Origin: Priapulus caudatus
Lineage: Eukaryota
DNA length: 64,000 bases
NCBI RefSeq assembly: GCF_000485595.1
Contig: NW_014577077.1
Coordinates: forward strand, 684,063 to 748,062
Reading direction: 5' to 3'
Shown: positions 25,787 through 38,158 of the stretch, piece by piece
Layout: each line of letters begins with the position of its first letter
How positions within the stretch are numbered: position 1 is the first letter of the stretch
Notes under the pieces: model-generated
What the model was told of the DNA's origin: nothing
The model's database searches: none
Seen by the model: the letters and a program-made list of their open reading frames with translations, nothing else
Position numbers and translations under genes: made by a program

Positions 25787-28700
25787 TATAAGGCAACATT
25801 ATTAACACCAGTTGTCATACATGTATATATTATATATTATTGTAATTTGTATTAATTTAGGTGGCTATCAAACTATTAGTATTACTAAAGAAGGAGTACT
25901 ACACAGTACACATTTGTGCTTGATTTGTGCATATATATGTGCTATGTGCATATGTGCATTAGGCCAAGGAGCTAAAAACATGTTATATTTAGCTCCTTGC
26001 ATTAGGCTAGGCCTATCACAACCCGGCATTAGCCAGCTAACTACACCGTACACGGAGTAAAGAAGGAGTGCATTGCCATTACTCATGAATTAGTAATACA
26101 GTGCTGAATACAGACACTGCTGCTGAGTAGGGTACTGTAGTAGTCTGTACTGTTCAGATTGTATTACAATACAATTAATACTACAAATACTGTATTACTA
26201 ATGCATTACTAGTAATACAACTAATACTGAATTAGTACTGATGTAATTTACATCAGTCATTGACAATGTATGTTGTGTTTCTGTACACTGGCACTGGCAG
26301 CAGGATCAAGTTCGCCCCACCACAGTATTATGAGTGATATGAGTTCTGAGTGATATGTGTGTTATGAGTGATATGATGTGATATGAGTGATATGAGTATT
26401 ATGAGTTCCCTTCCCTTCTCCTTCTCGCTTCTCCCCTCCTCCTTCTCCACCAGCTTCTACCCTCCTCTTTCTCAACACCTTCTCCTTCTCCCTTCCCTCT
26501 TCTTCACCACTTCTCCCCCTCCTCCTTTCTCCACCACCTTCTCCGCTTCTCCCCTCTCCTCCTTTCACCATCTTCTTCACAGACTGGAAGTGACGTCACG
26601 AACACGGCGATTAACTCTGATTTGGTAATAACACAAATCACGTGATAAAATATGCAAATTATCTCCTGTAACCGCCTGAATATAGACAAACCCTATAGAG
26701 TACCGAAGTGTGACGTCACGTTGGCAAGAACAACGTACGGCTGGTTCTACACAAGCCACTGGCTCCATAACATCAGGAGTAGATAATAGGGAGGAGTGTG
26801 ACATCAATAAACAAGGGAAATTCGTCATTACTGCCTTATAATACCTTAACGATTTACTACGCGTAACTCATCCAACTTGAGCTCAAATCAGGACACATAC
26901 ATTCGCCATCATCGTACGAAATCGTTTCCTCGTAGACACCGCCAATCCGTAGATACAGCCTAAAACGTACGACACGATTCTCCATTCTCTGGCCATTAAT
27001 CCAACGCCCATTGCGCGCGCTATAATTCAGACAAAAGGCAGCAACCTGGCTGTGTTTGCTCCCGATCGATAGCTGACATGTGGCGTTGTGCCTCGCAGGG
27101 AGATTGGAGATCGACCAACACTCGATGAGCTAATCATATTGTTGGCGTGCCGTGCATGAAGGCATGCCAGCAATGTTACAAAGGTGGCCTGTGTAGCTGT
27201 GTAGCGGTCAAAGGTTATCTCGCCGAGTGTTGATGCCTAATCTCCAGCGAGCCCATGCCTCGCTCAGTTAGGCAAAGCGCGTTAGGTAGCTGCTTTGTTG
27301 GAATTATAGGCGCGCAATGGTTGGATTGATGCCAGAGAATGGAGAATCGTGTCGTACGTTTTAGGTTCTTGTATCTACGGATTGCGGGTGTCCTACGAGA
27401 AACGATTTCGTACGATGATGGCGCAATGTACTGTGTCCGATTGGAGCTCAAGTTGGATGAGTTAACGTGTAGTAAATCGTAGGTATTGTAAGGCTAGTAA
27501 AATTTCCCTTGTTTATTGATGTACACTCCTTCCTATTATCTACTCCTGATAAATTAACTGCGTGAAAATGTTGTGCGCAACGTAAAACCGAGTGTGTGCG
27601 CTGAACAGCGTAAAGCATCGGAGCAAAGTCGATCTTACAATATTTAATAAATTGAAAAAAAAAAAAGTGTGTTAAATTTTAAAAAAAAAACTTTTTTTGT
27701 TGTTAATTTTGTTTTTTTCCGTTGCTTTTCACTTCCATCCTTTGGAAATCTATAAAAACTGCAATAATGACTCTCAGAATGATGGTTACAGGGTACAAAA
27801 CAGGACACCGCAGTTAATTTTACCAGAGCAGGATATGTGGTAGAACCAGTAGGTTCGTTTCATGCCACCGGTGACGCTTCATCACTTTCGGTACTCTATA
27901 CCTTAACGGCGGGCTCGAATTAGCGACGAAAGGGCAAGGCATCTTTTTTAGGGCATGTGAGAAATCGCCTTGAATTTCTCTAAAATAGAAAAGCACCAAG
28001 GCAACTCTCAAAATTTTAGAAGGGCACCAAAGCACTTTTGTAAAATAAAGGGAAAACTCATAACAAATTAGTACATCAAATCGTCTTGCTTTTAATGTAC
28101 AAAAAATATGCCGCCCATGTAAGCTTACACGCCGGTAACACTGACCCCTGTACCCACCTCTGCTAATGAAGTACAGTAACAAGAAATTTTACCTGCCCGC
28201 TATCAGGAGCAAATAATTATCCGATGCTGTATTATTCCTCCTGCGACTATCGGTTTAGTCAATCATTGCAACTACAGCACGCACGCGCACGGGTGTATGT
28301 TGATCGACTAAAACAAAACTAGGGCAGTAAGATTAAAGGGCACCGACGGCAATTACACAAAAGGCAAGGCAGGTGACTGCCGTCGTCGGGTTGGATTTTC
28401 AGGGGCAGTACGGCAATTGCCGCGTGCCGTCGGTTAATTCGAGCCCTGCTTAACGGTGCAGTGGCTAATCGCAGAATCATCCGTTCCTACACCGGATTCG
28501 GGGTTCGAGTCCAGCTGGAACTTATTTTCCCCTTTTTCCTTTTTTCCCTTTACCTATATCTTTAGTATGTATTTTTAATTTTTAATTAATTTTTAATTTA
28601 TGAATTTATTTAATTAAATATTTTTTAAATTAATTAATTATTTTTTTATTTTTAATGTCTTTTATCTTTTGATTTCTTATTATTTTTTACTGTTTGGGAT

Positions 28701-29498
28701 GGGATGGCATGAGATGGCATGGCATGGGATGGCATGGCATGGCATGCGATGGGATGGGATGGGATGCGATGCGATGTATGCAGATGGGATGGCATGGGAT
28801 GCGATGAGATGGGATGGGATCGGATATGGGATGGATGGATGGCATGGTATGTAATGGGATGGATGCATGGATGCATGGATAGATAGAGTAGTTAGATTTT
28901 TTGGGTATTTTCCCTTTCAACCAGCGGTCACCAACTGAGTACGCCACTGATTTCCGCGCTAGTATTATGCATGTATATACACAAACACACACGGATCGGT
29001 CGACACACACGACGGTACGCATGCACGCACGCATGCACGCACGCATGCACACACACACACACACACAGACAATAGAAGCGTTAAGTAATTCAGGTTGTAG
29101 AACACAACATAAGTCTCTCTGATTGTCAAATTGTAACTTTGTCACTGTGTCAATTTTCTGTAGTTTATCACTTACATGATCATTGCAAGCAAATTCATAT
29201 TGTGAAAGCTTTCACATTAAAATAACGACATTTATAAATTGGCGATAGTCACTCTTTTTTTAAACTTTTTAGGCAATTTATTACCTCTGCCTTTGAAACT
29301 ATTATAAATACCTATAATTTATAGTAGTTAAAATGTTCCAAGCTCAATTAAGTATAGATGAGCGATGTAGATCTATGCTTCGCTGGTTAAATATCAATAC
29401 CTACCCGCCCTATAAATTTGAACTTGGTATAGATATATATACATATACCTACTAATATCGTATATACTCTATATGTATGGTATTGTTTTCATGATTAG

Positions 29499-30683
29499 GT
29501 TAAACTAGCCAAACCTTTCAAGACCTATCAAAGGCTTGAGGATGTGCACTTGCAGTTAGGTGTCCTGGCAGCAGAAGGAGACAGTCTTGCTCAGCAGAAA
29601 AGTGTACTGTTACACAAGTTGAAATTATTGAAAAAAGGTATGTGGTATATTGTTCTACTATTAGGCATATGTTAAAACAGAATAATGTTGTTACTGCGTT
29701 GAAAATTGCAAATGCAACTTCTGACAGCCAGACAAATTCATTGGAAAGGATTTTTGAATTGGTTTTGTTTATTCACATCATTCCAATTAGATGTTAAACT
29801 GTTTTCAATTAAATGTGAATTAATTTCATCAATAAAAAGTTCGTGTGCACTTTGCAATTTGTTTTTGTATTGTTTGAGGGCAAGTTAGTGTTGCCTAGAA
29901 TATCTTGTGTAATTAGATTTTTTAAATTCAAGAGCACCGGAAAATTGTAACGATGAGTGTTCCGGTTCTGAGGATGTAACTCCGATGAATACTCATGTAA
30001 AAAAAATAAACCGCTATTTCGTCTATGAATGGCTGGTAAGTATTGAAAATAACTATTATTAAAATCTTGGTCTGAATCAAAAATGTTATATTCAATTATT
30101 TAATTAAATAAAATACATTTGACATTTAATTTTATTGCTTACATATACGTGGGCACAATTCCATGTCGTGTGTAATGTACTTTTAGGTGTGAAAACCGAG
30201 GAACTTCAACAATACAGAACACCCATGTTGACGTTTAATGACTCATTCCAAGACAAATATTATGAACCATTACTACTTGGAGGTACGGAATTACTTAACA
30301 TTCATTGAATAATTCAACGTGATGTCAGAAAAGTGTGGAAATTTAGAGTTGTAGATACTTTTATCAGTTTAGTGAATTGAACCAATAAAGCAATGAGCAC
30401 ATCACAAATTTTGTGTAAATAGCATATGTTATTAGTGACAATCGGACTTGAGTATGCATGGATTTCTATCACACCAAATTAATGCATATTTTCGCATCTT
30501 TTAAAAAGCTTTCAAGTGAGCTAAGAGTTTGCCATCATACATTGCCACCATTTGTGCCCACTGCAAGTATTACTGGAGCGATACCTATACAGAGAAAAGA
30601 ATGTTCAGCAATTCCTTTTTGAACTAAGCAACTACTTACTGTTCATATGTAAGCAGGCGAGAACAAGTCTAATGCCACTGCAG
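29499..30683 (+). pseudogene. Frameshifted duplicate of four CENP-O-like exons (probably assembly redundancy)
   Basis: Colinear copy of 21561-22755 with scattered single-base indels that break the frames. Confidence 0.7.
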
Positions 30684-33018
30684 GTATGAAAAAAGGTTTT
30701 GGGATGATATTAATATAGTAGTATCATAATTTAATTAAGGGGGGAAATCCAAAAAGATGTCAGATGAAAATAGAGAGAAAGAGCGTCGAAATGGAATGCT
30801 ACTACTGAAATTCAGGAATCACGAGAAACACACAGTGAGCAGTATCACTTGACATTTTCAGCTGAATTTTTCCACAGTGTTGTCATTTAACGTGTGTCAC
30901 AGACGAATGTCATTCTTCGCTTTTAGGTTTTCAGCACTGCCTTATGTTTTCATCACTTGAAATTACTAGAAGTGTAATTTTGACCAATATATGTACTGAA
31001 GAGTAATAATTTATGTGAATTTGATGCCATCCAGAGAGACCCGCATACAAATGGCCTTGCGCAAAAGATGCGTTGTTCCGCGACCGACGAAAGCGTTAAG
31101 CCGCGCACTTCCGCGGGACTGGGCGCGACGCGACCGCCGGATGTATAGCTATAGCTCCCGCTATACGCATGTTCGCGGCGCCGAAGGAGCGGCGCGCGCA
31201 ATGCGTATAGCGGGGCAGCCTAAACATAACGCAGTTTTCGGGACACGTACATCGGCTCGGCTACATCGGGCTTTGGAGGGGGGCTTTCCCGATTAGGATT
31301 GACACGCGCTTTGTACACCTCGGCCGTCGTAAGACCGTCACCTGCCGCGGATTTTCGTACCATCTGGACGTTCTCCCACAATCTTTCCTTTCTCCGACTC
31401 CCACAAAGTCTGTCTCTTCCTCTCCGGCGCATCCGCGCCGGCCTGCCCCATGCGAGGTTAATAAGGTATCTATATACATGCATCAATGCTGCCGGCAGCC
31501 AACACACAGCACTGCACTGTACTTGCAGCGTTCATAATAAAATGTAAGTCTAAATAAATACCAAATCTATTTACTACGAAAAGTCACGGCGGCGCAAAAA
31601 CTCCCCGAGCCAGCTCCACTGAGCGCGGGGGAGGAGGAGGTCTGGAATGTGCCGCTCTGCTCGTCTTCGTAAAAAACATGTGCATATATATATTTTGTGT
31701 GGTCAGTGTGGCGGCGTGTTGTAGGATTAGCTACGTGTAAAAAACTGCCACGGCCACGCCAGCACGTGCTCGCACGACGTGCCGTCGCCACGGGCAGCGC
31801 GGGGTCAAGAGCGCGGGGAGCGCGGCTGCTGCTGTTTTTCCACATAACGTCTAGTGCGAATTCTCAGTCTAAACAACCATCAATCAGTGAGGCCTGCGGT
31901 GTCCTAAGATGGCTACGAGAATTACACTCCGACGTCACGATTCCAGCTAGACTGGTACTCGGCCAAGTATCTTTCGCTACACTAAAGTTATAGTTAGTGC
32001 AGCGTGTCGAACTCTCCACCGCGGGGCAGTCTAAGCCTATTCGCCGTTCCTTGTGTGGAAAATTCTCTGGAAAATCCCTCGAAGAGAGCCTCGTCGCGCC
32101 ATCTATGGGACGCCATATGTACGAGAATAAGTTCAGGGCGTAAAATGCAAGAAATTGAAAATCGCTTTTCTAGAGGAAAACCTAAAGCGCCGACCAAAAA
32201 ACTTGCAATTACGAGCATTTGGATTTATTCTCGCCCTACGTGCAGAGTCGAAAGGCTTCTGCAATCGCCACAACTCCTCAATTGACCGATTATGCGGCTT
32301 TATGTACTACCCAGAGGGCCTTGCGTATATAGTGATACATAGAGGGCAGCGAATTCGATCAAAAGGCGCCGCGAGGCGGCGCTGTTCGCGCTTCGCGCGT
32401 ATATCCGGGCTGCAGATCGTCAAGAAACAAAAACGACAAAAAACCTGAGAAACCACAAATTTGTTTCTTCCATGATATATCTAGAATGAATGTACTAATA
32501 GTGTTCATATTCAAAAAAAACGTTAAAGTCTAAATTTATCACGTTATGAAAAGTTTACAAAATATGTCCTTTCTATTAAAATTTGAGATACAACAGTGTG
32601 ATGACAAGTTCCACTCATTTTATGTTGAAAAAAATGTAAGAAAAAGCCCAGCATCTAGGGTGTAGAGCCATGTAGTGATAACAAACCTTTATCTGAAAAT
32701 ATATGTTTTCCATCTTTTGTATGAATTTCATAATTGAATATACCTACTACCTTTAAGGGTATGTAACTCTTAATGACCATACCAATTGTTCTTGCTTTCT
32801 AGCAAGAAAAATGGCATAACATACTAGTCATAGTAGTATTGGCAGTTGCAGCTGCAGCAGCCAGTATTACGAGCTCTCTTATGGTGCAGTGGTTGTTAAG
32901 ATAATAAGCGCATGTCATATTGAGATGATGATTTTGTTACATTGGCTGTGACTTTGACTATTGTATTTAAATATAAACGGGTTAATTGTTACTCAACCGT
33001 GAAGATTGGAAACGTACC

Positions 33019-33057
33019 GCTTACGTTTCGTCTCCTGCCAGGAGGCTTTCTCAAAGC
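33019..33057 (-). ncRNA. Minimal hammerhead ribozyme-like motif just 3' of the GIY-YIG stop
   Basis: Reverse complement reads gctTTGAGAAagcctcctggcaggagacGAAAcgTAagc. Confidence 0.55.
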
Positions 33058-33778
33058 TAACTGATGATGATCAGTTTTGACCACCAGATGGTGTGGTGGG
33101 CAATAGCTTAGTCCACACGTGACTAGGCCTGTATCCCCCCTCGTCCCGGTTGATGTTCAGGGTCTTGCGGATCCAGATGGCCTCCTTAATCCAATGCCTG
33201 ATTTTGATTGGCTCGCGATCGATGATCTTCGAATTCTCCCAATCGATGGTGTGATTGTCCTTCGCTACGTGGTCAGTGATCGCGGATTTGGTCATTTCGG
33301 TGCTGGGGAGCATGGGTGCTAAGGTGTCTATGTCCTTTTTGTGTTCTTTAAGGCGGGTTTCAAATTTTTGGCCGGTTTCTCCAATGTAACTTTTTTCACA
33401 CATTGCACACGGTATCTTGTAGATACAGTCCGTAATGTTGTGCATATCTGTTTTGTCCTTAGGGTGTACCAAAAGCTTTTTAGGGTCTCAACGGTCTAAC
33501 TGTTGAAGCCACACCTGCATTTTTTAGGTGACGTTGAACTACGTCCGTGACGCCTCTGAAATAGGGTAGGACAATCATCGCCTTCGGTTTCTCCGTGGAG
33601 GTTTTCTTATGGAATGTTGTTTTTTCCCGTGATGTGTTCATCTCCTTGGAAACTTTTTTGAGTGTCCAATTGGGGTAGCCGCATTTTCCTAGTGCGTTCT
33701 TATACAGGCTTAGTCACGTGTGGACTAAGCTATTGACCACCACACCATCTGGTGGTCAAAACTGATAATCATCAGTTA

Positions 33779-33817
33779 GCTTTGAGAAAGCCTCTTGGCA
33801 GGAGGCGAAACGTAAGC
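33779..33817 (+). ncRNA. Minimal type I hammerhead ribozyme-like motif (U3-A8 variant)
   Basis: gct-TTGAGAA-a-gcctc(ttggcag)gaggc-GAAA-cg-TA-agc. Confidence 0.6.
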
Positions 33818-33889
33818 GGTACGTTTCCAATCTTCACGGTTGAGTAACAATTAGCCCTGTTATATCTATTAGTCTACCAACCGAATGAA

Positions 33890-36112
33890 CTTATTGTATC
33901 CCCCGCGACGGCGAGTCAGCGGTGATACTATGGTTTCATGTCTCCCCAGCTGCCGCCGCTCGGTCCGCCGCAGAGAATTTCCCTTCAGCTCTATAACTCG
34001 ACCCCTAATTGACCTAGCGTGACCAAACTTGGTATACTTACACATCTTGGGGAGAAGGTGTGCAGAGTACCAAAACCAGGTCACTGCGACCTTTATTTGA
34101 CCTACCTTGACCCTGATCATATTTCCCTCCGCTCTCTAATCCGGCCCTAACGACCTATGCGTCTACAACACTGGTATATCTTGCACATCCTTGGGAAGAA
34201 GGTGTACAGCAGTACCAGAAACTAGTCACTGCGACTTTATTATGACCTTTAACCTGATCTTGATCATATTTCTCCTTCTGCTCTCTAAACTCACCCCTAA
34301 ATTGACGCCTACGCGCTACCAAGCTGAGTATACTTACACATCTTGGGGAGAAGGTGAGCCACGTACCAAAACCCAGTCACTCACGTACCTTTATTTGACC
34401 TTTACCTTGACCTGATCAATACTTTTCCTTTCCGCTCTATAACCTGCCCTTAATTGACGCTAGGCACTACCCAAACTTGGTATACTTACACACTCTTAAG
34501 GCGTACCAAAACACGGCGCCAGCGCTCACTCACGCAGCCCTTTATTCTGATCGCGTGTACTCGACATCGATCCAATTTCCTCCTCCGTCTCTATCAAACT
34601 CGGCCCCTAATCGACCTAACTACGCGCTGACCAAGACATGGTATACTATTACACATCTTTGGGGATAAGGTGAGTCACGCGTACCTAAAACCCAGGTCCA
34701 CTGGCGACCTTCATTGCACCTTGAACCTATTTCGCCTTTCCGCTCTCTACCACTCCCGGGCCCCCCTTAATTGAGCCTATGCGCTACCAAACACCATAAG
34801 GTCACCTACCGACCTTTATTGACCATTTACCTTGACCGTAGATGCGAGTATTTACCTTTCCGCGCTCTAAACTCGCCCCCTAATTGACCTAGCACATAAC
34901 ATAACTGGTAATAGCTGTACAGCATCTTGGGGAGAAGGTGTGTTCCGTCCAAAACCACCCGTCACTATGACCTTTATTTTGACCTTTCCGTTGACCTTGA
35001 TCATATTTTCCCTTCCACTCATAACTTTGCCCTCTAATGCCTATGCGGCTACCCTTTCAACTTTGGTCATACTTACCACTGGGAGAAAGGTGAGATCAGC
35101 GAACCAAAACCAGGCTCACTCGCGACCGTTTCAAGTTGCTGACCCTTTACCTTATATCAATCCATTTCCCTTTCCGCCTCTCTAACTTCCAATCCCCTAA
35201 TCATGACCTAGCGCTACCCCGTAAACTTGTACTACCTCATCACAACATCTTCCCGCGCGCACCAAGGTAGCCAGCAGTACACACACCAGTCACCCTCCCG
35301 CACGAACCTCCTCAATTTACCTCTCCCCGATCCATATTCACACCCACACGCTCCCCCTACACTCGCCCCCCCCTAATCTGACCCTAGCGCTACCAAACCA
35401 GGTCACTAACTACCTTTATGTTGACCTTGATCATTCAGTATTTCCTTCCGCTCTAACATTAACTCAAGCCCCCCCTCACACCTCTAATGACTAGCACTAA
35501 ACCCCCACCAACCCCTCCGCTCATACCCCCCAAAAACCATCTTGGGGACGAAGCGTGTGTCGCGGTCCAAAACGGCCAGGCTACCCCCCCACGCAACCTT
35601 TCATTTGACCTTTACCTAGACCCCATGATCATATTTCCCCCCTCTCCCCCCTTCCCATCTAATAACTCGCCGCCATTAATCGACGCTTAGCGGCTACCCA
35701 AACTTATCGTAATACTTACACATCTCTGGTCGAGAATGGTGTGTCGCGTAACCCACACCCCACCAACCGCTCACCTCGCGCCCTCTTTAGTGACCACTCT
35801 GACCCTTGCACCATATCCTCCTCCTCCACACCCCACTCTCACCTACACTCCCGCGCCCCTAAGCCCTATCGCGCTTGACCAAACTTGGTACTAAACATTA
35901 CACACTCCCTTGGGCCAGCACCAGTGTGTCGCGTACCGCAAACGCCCAGGTCTATCCTGCAACCTTTATTTGACCTTGACCTTCATCATATTTCCCTTCC
36001 ACTCTATAACTCGGCCCCTAATTGACCTAGCGCGACCAAACTTCGTATACATACACATCTTGGAGAGAACACGGGGGATACATGTAGTTGGTGACAACTG
36101 CCCTTTCTAGTT
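33890..36112 (+). mobile_element. Helentron/HINE (DINE-1-like) non-autonomous element with internal tandem repeats, very noisy in the middle
   Basis: 5' TTATTGTATCCCCC, 3' GGGGGATACATGT-AGTTGGTGACAACT hairpin-CTAGTT. Repeated unit GACCTTTATTTGACCTTTACCTTGACCTTGATCATATTTCCC...ACTTACACATCTTGGGGAGAAGGTG. Confidence 0.65.
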
Positions 36113-36138
36113 TAATGAGTTATTGTATTTAACTTCAG

Positions 36139-36197
36139 GATAATGTAAAGCTAGTAAAGGAAAGCCTGCAGACATCTCAATCATTTGACTTTGTTAG
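36139..36197 (+). CDS. CENPO: CENP-O-like exon
   Basis: TTCAG|...AG|GTAAGG. Encodes DNVKLVKESLQTSQSFDFV(R); phase 0 in, phase 2 out. Confidence 0.7.
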
Positions 36198-36434
36198 GTA
36201 AGGTGAAATTGTCTGCCACACATACTGAAATCAAATAATATACTGTAATACAGTTGCTATAATAATGTGGCAGACAAATTATTTTAATAAAATGAATTTA
36301 GCCGTTTATGTATAAAAGATTTCCTGTGTTAGTATACAAAACTGCACACATTTCATTTAATAATTTATTTCGTTTAGTCATCCTGAGATCTATGTTTTTA
36401 GAATGCTATATAATTGCTTTTAATGTTATTTTAG

Positions 36435-36550
36435 ATTCCATTTGGATTGTGGGACAGAGCTTGACTGTGGTTGTTGTGGAAAAGACATGGCCGAAGTGAT
36501 CATGACCTATGATCTGAAGAGCATTTTTCCTACCACAGTAAAAGTTAGAG
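36435..36550 (+). CDS. CENPO: CENP-O-like exon
   Basis: TTTTAG|...G|GTAACA. Encodes (R)FHLDCGTELDCGCCGKDMAEVIMTYDLKSIFPTTVKVR(G); YDLKSIFPTTVKV resembles YKDLTATLPTDVTV of CENP-O. Confidence 0.75.
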
Positions 36551-37150
36551 GTAACATTGAATAACCTGTTTTCTTTTCTTCAAGTCAACATGTGCGTGTC
36601 AGTAATATCTTCTTGCCAGTATTAGTGCTTAGTAAAATAATAAAATAATAAAAGTAAAACCTCGAATGTATGATGAAATGAGTGTGATTAATTCGTCAGT
36701 GTTCATCATATTTTTCTTGTTATGACCTAATGTGGCGTTTAGAGGGCTACATTCCAGGAGGAGGGAGGGGAGGGACAGCTGTTACCCCTAGATATAGATA
36801 GTCATTTAAAATAAATGCAACTTGTATACAGGCTATATTTGGCTTCTTTTGCTGTCTCAGATCATTCCTTAAGTTCCTTCCTCCTTTCATGGAGTGGCTT
36901 CAATGTTGGTCTAGAGTGGTCTTCTGCATCCCAGCTGCTGAACAGATTATGGCTAATGGTGAAAGCTTGGGTCATTGATGGCTTAGGACACATCTCCGAA
37001 ATCATTGCAATGGCTCATCGATGGCTTTGGACATACCATCAAAAGTTTAGAAGGGATCATTGATGGCTTAGTGTACATGACCGTACCTCGACGCGGCTCA
37101 CCGATAGCTCTGTGCTTATCACCACAACTTTGGAACTGGGGCACATTCAC

Positions 37151-37735
37151 TTTTTAGCTCATCTGACATAGTCAGATGCAACTTGTAGAATCGCATGATT
37201 GTCCGTGCGTCCATCCGTGCGTCCGTCCGTCAACAGTTGGAGTCAACAGCACAAATCTAAACGGCTCGACGTACGGTCACGATATTCGGGATGTGGGGGT
37301 GGGGGGGAGGGGTAATCCGAAAACGAGTTGGGATGTCGAAGCTGTGGGTCAAAGGTCAAGAGGTGTAAAATAAGGGGGAACATTCCCTCCTTAACTTAAG
37401 GTATAGGGAAGAAATGCAGAATTGCGGCACAAATCTAAACGGCTCGACCTAGGCTCGTGATAGTCGGTGTATAGCATCATGGTGAAAAAGCCATCGCTGT
37501 GCCAAAATTGGAGGTCACAGGCTAAAGGTCAATGGGGCACAGGGCAGATTTGAGACATTTTCTGAGGACATGGTCGGACGGAGCGATTGAAAAACTTTTT
37601 TGTTTCAGCGTGACTAAGCATTTTTATGGCTTTATTGAAAGGACGCATGAAATGTACTTTCGCCTGACATGCGAAGAGTAAGTGTCTGGATAACCTTTTG
37701 ACCGCTCAAGAGGAGGGTTAAACATGGGATTTGTT
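37151..37735 (+). mobile_element. Interspersed HINE-like repeat, second family
   Basis: TTTTTAGCTCATCTGAC..GTCAGATG hairpin followed by (CCGT)n; diverged inverted copy at 54260-54815. Confidence 0.6.
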
Positions 37736-38158
37736 TACTGTTAGAAAGAATTTGACTGCGGGTTTGCTAGTAGAATCTATACATGCCTGGATGTATGCGG
37801 CTACAATGTCACGTGAAATTTCAAAAGCTAAATTTGGTTGAAGAAGGTTTATGCTCCTTAAATGTGTATAATTTCTATGGCCATTCTGTACTGTCAGTGT
37901 GTTACATGTAACTTATGGCCACGTGCCAAGTGTCGTGTGGTGGTGATAGTACTGTGTAGTTTTTGCCTGCGTTAATTAGTTACAGGTGTGGCAGCTCTCT
38001 ATTTCACGTGCGGGCTTGCGTAGGTAAATGGATGAGTGCTTACTCTATTCTGTTTTGCAATATGTTGTTGCTATCTACGTACGATGGAGCTTTTCCATCT
38101 TTAATCTTAAGACACTTAAACGTACACGGCCATCTCGTGCAACTTTCATAAAGATTCT

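Larger units (their letters stand above)
15368..31186 (+). repeat. ~7.9-kb head-to-tail duplication (15368-23249 and 23250-31186)
   Basis: Both units start ATACAGTGCAACTGAAATGAGG and end GCGCCGAAG; differences are mainly 1-nt indels. Confidence 0.9.
32972..33866 (-). mobile_element. Penelope-like retroelement 3' fragment with inverted terminal repeat
   Basis: GIY-YIG endonuclease ORF 33472-33071 (CIYKIPCAMCEKSYIGETG...RLKEH...SAITDH...H.IDW...KEAIWIR...NRDEG). 33703-33866 is an inverted copy of 32972-33134. Confidence 0.9.

Noticed and set aside
31190..32450. GC-rich block with several short ORFs
   Set aside because: No recognisable protein or clean termini; looks like low-accuracy sequence of a repeat.
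36815..37063. Candidate CENP-O last exon after TATACAG at ~36831
   Set aside because: In the required phase it stops after 13 codons with no CENP-O resemblance; cannot be excluded as a minor isoform.
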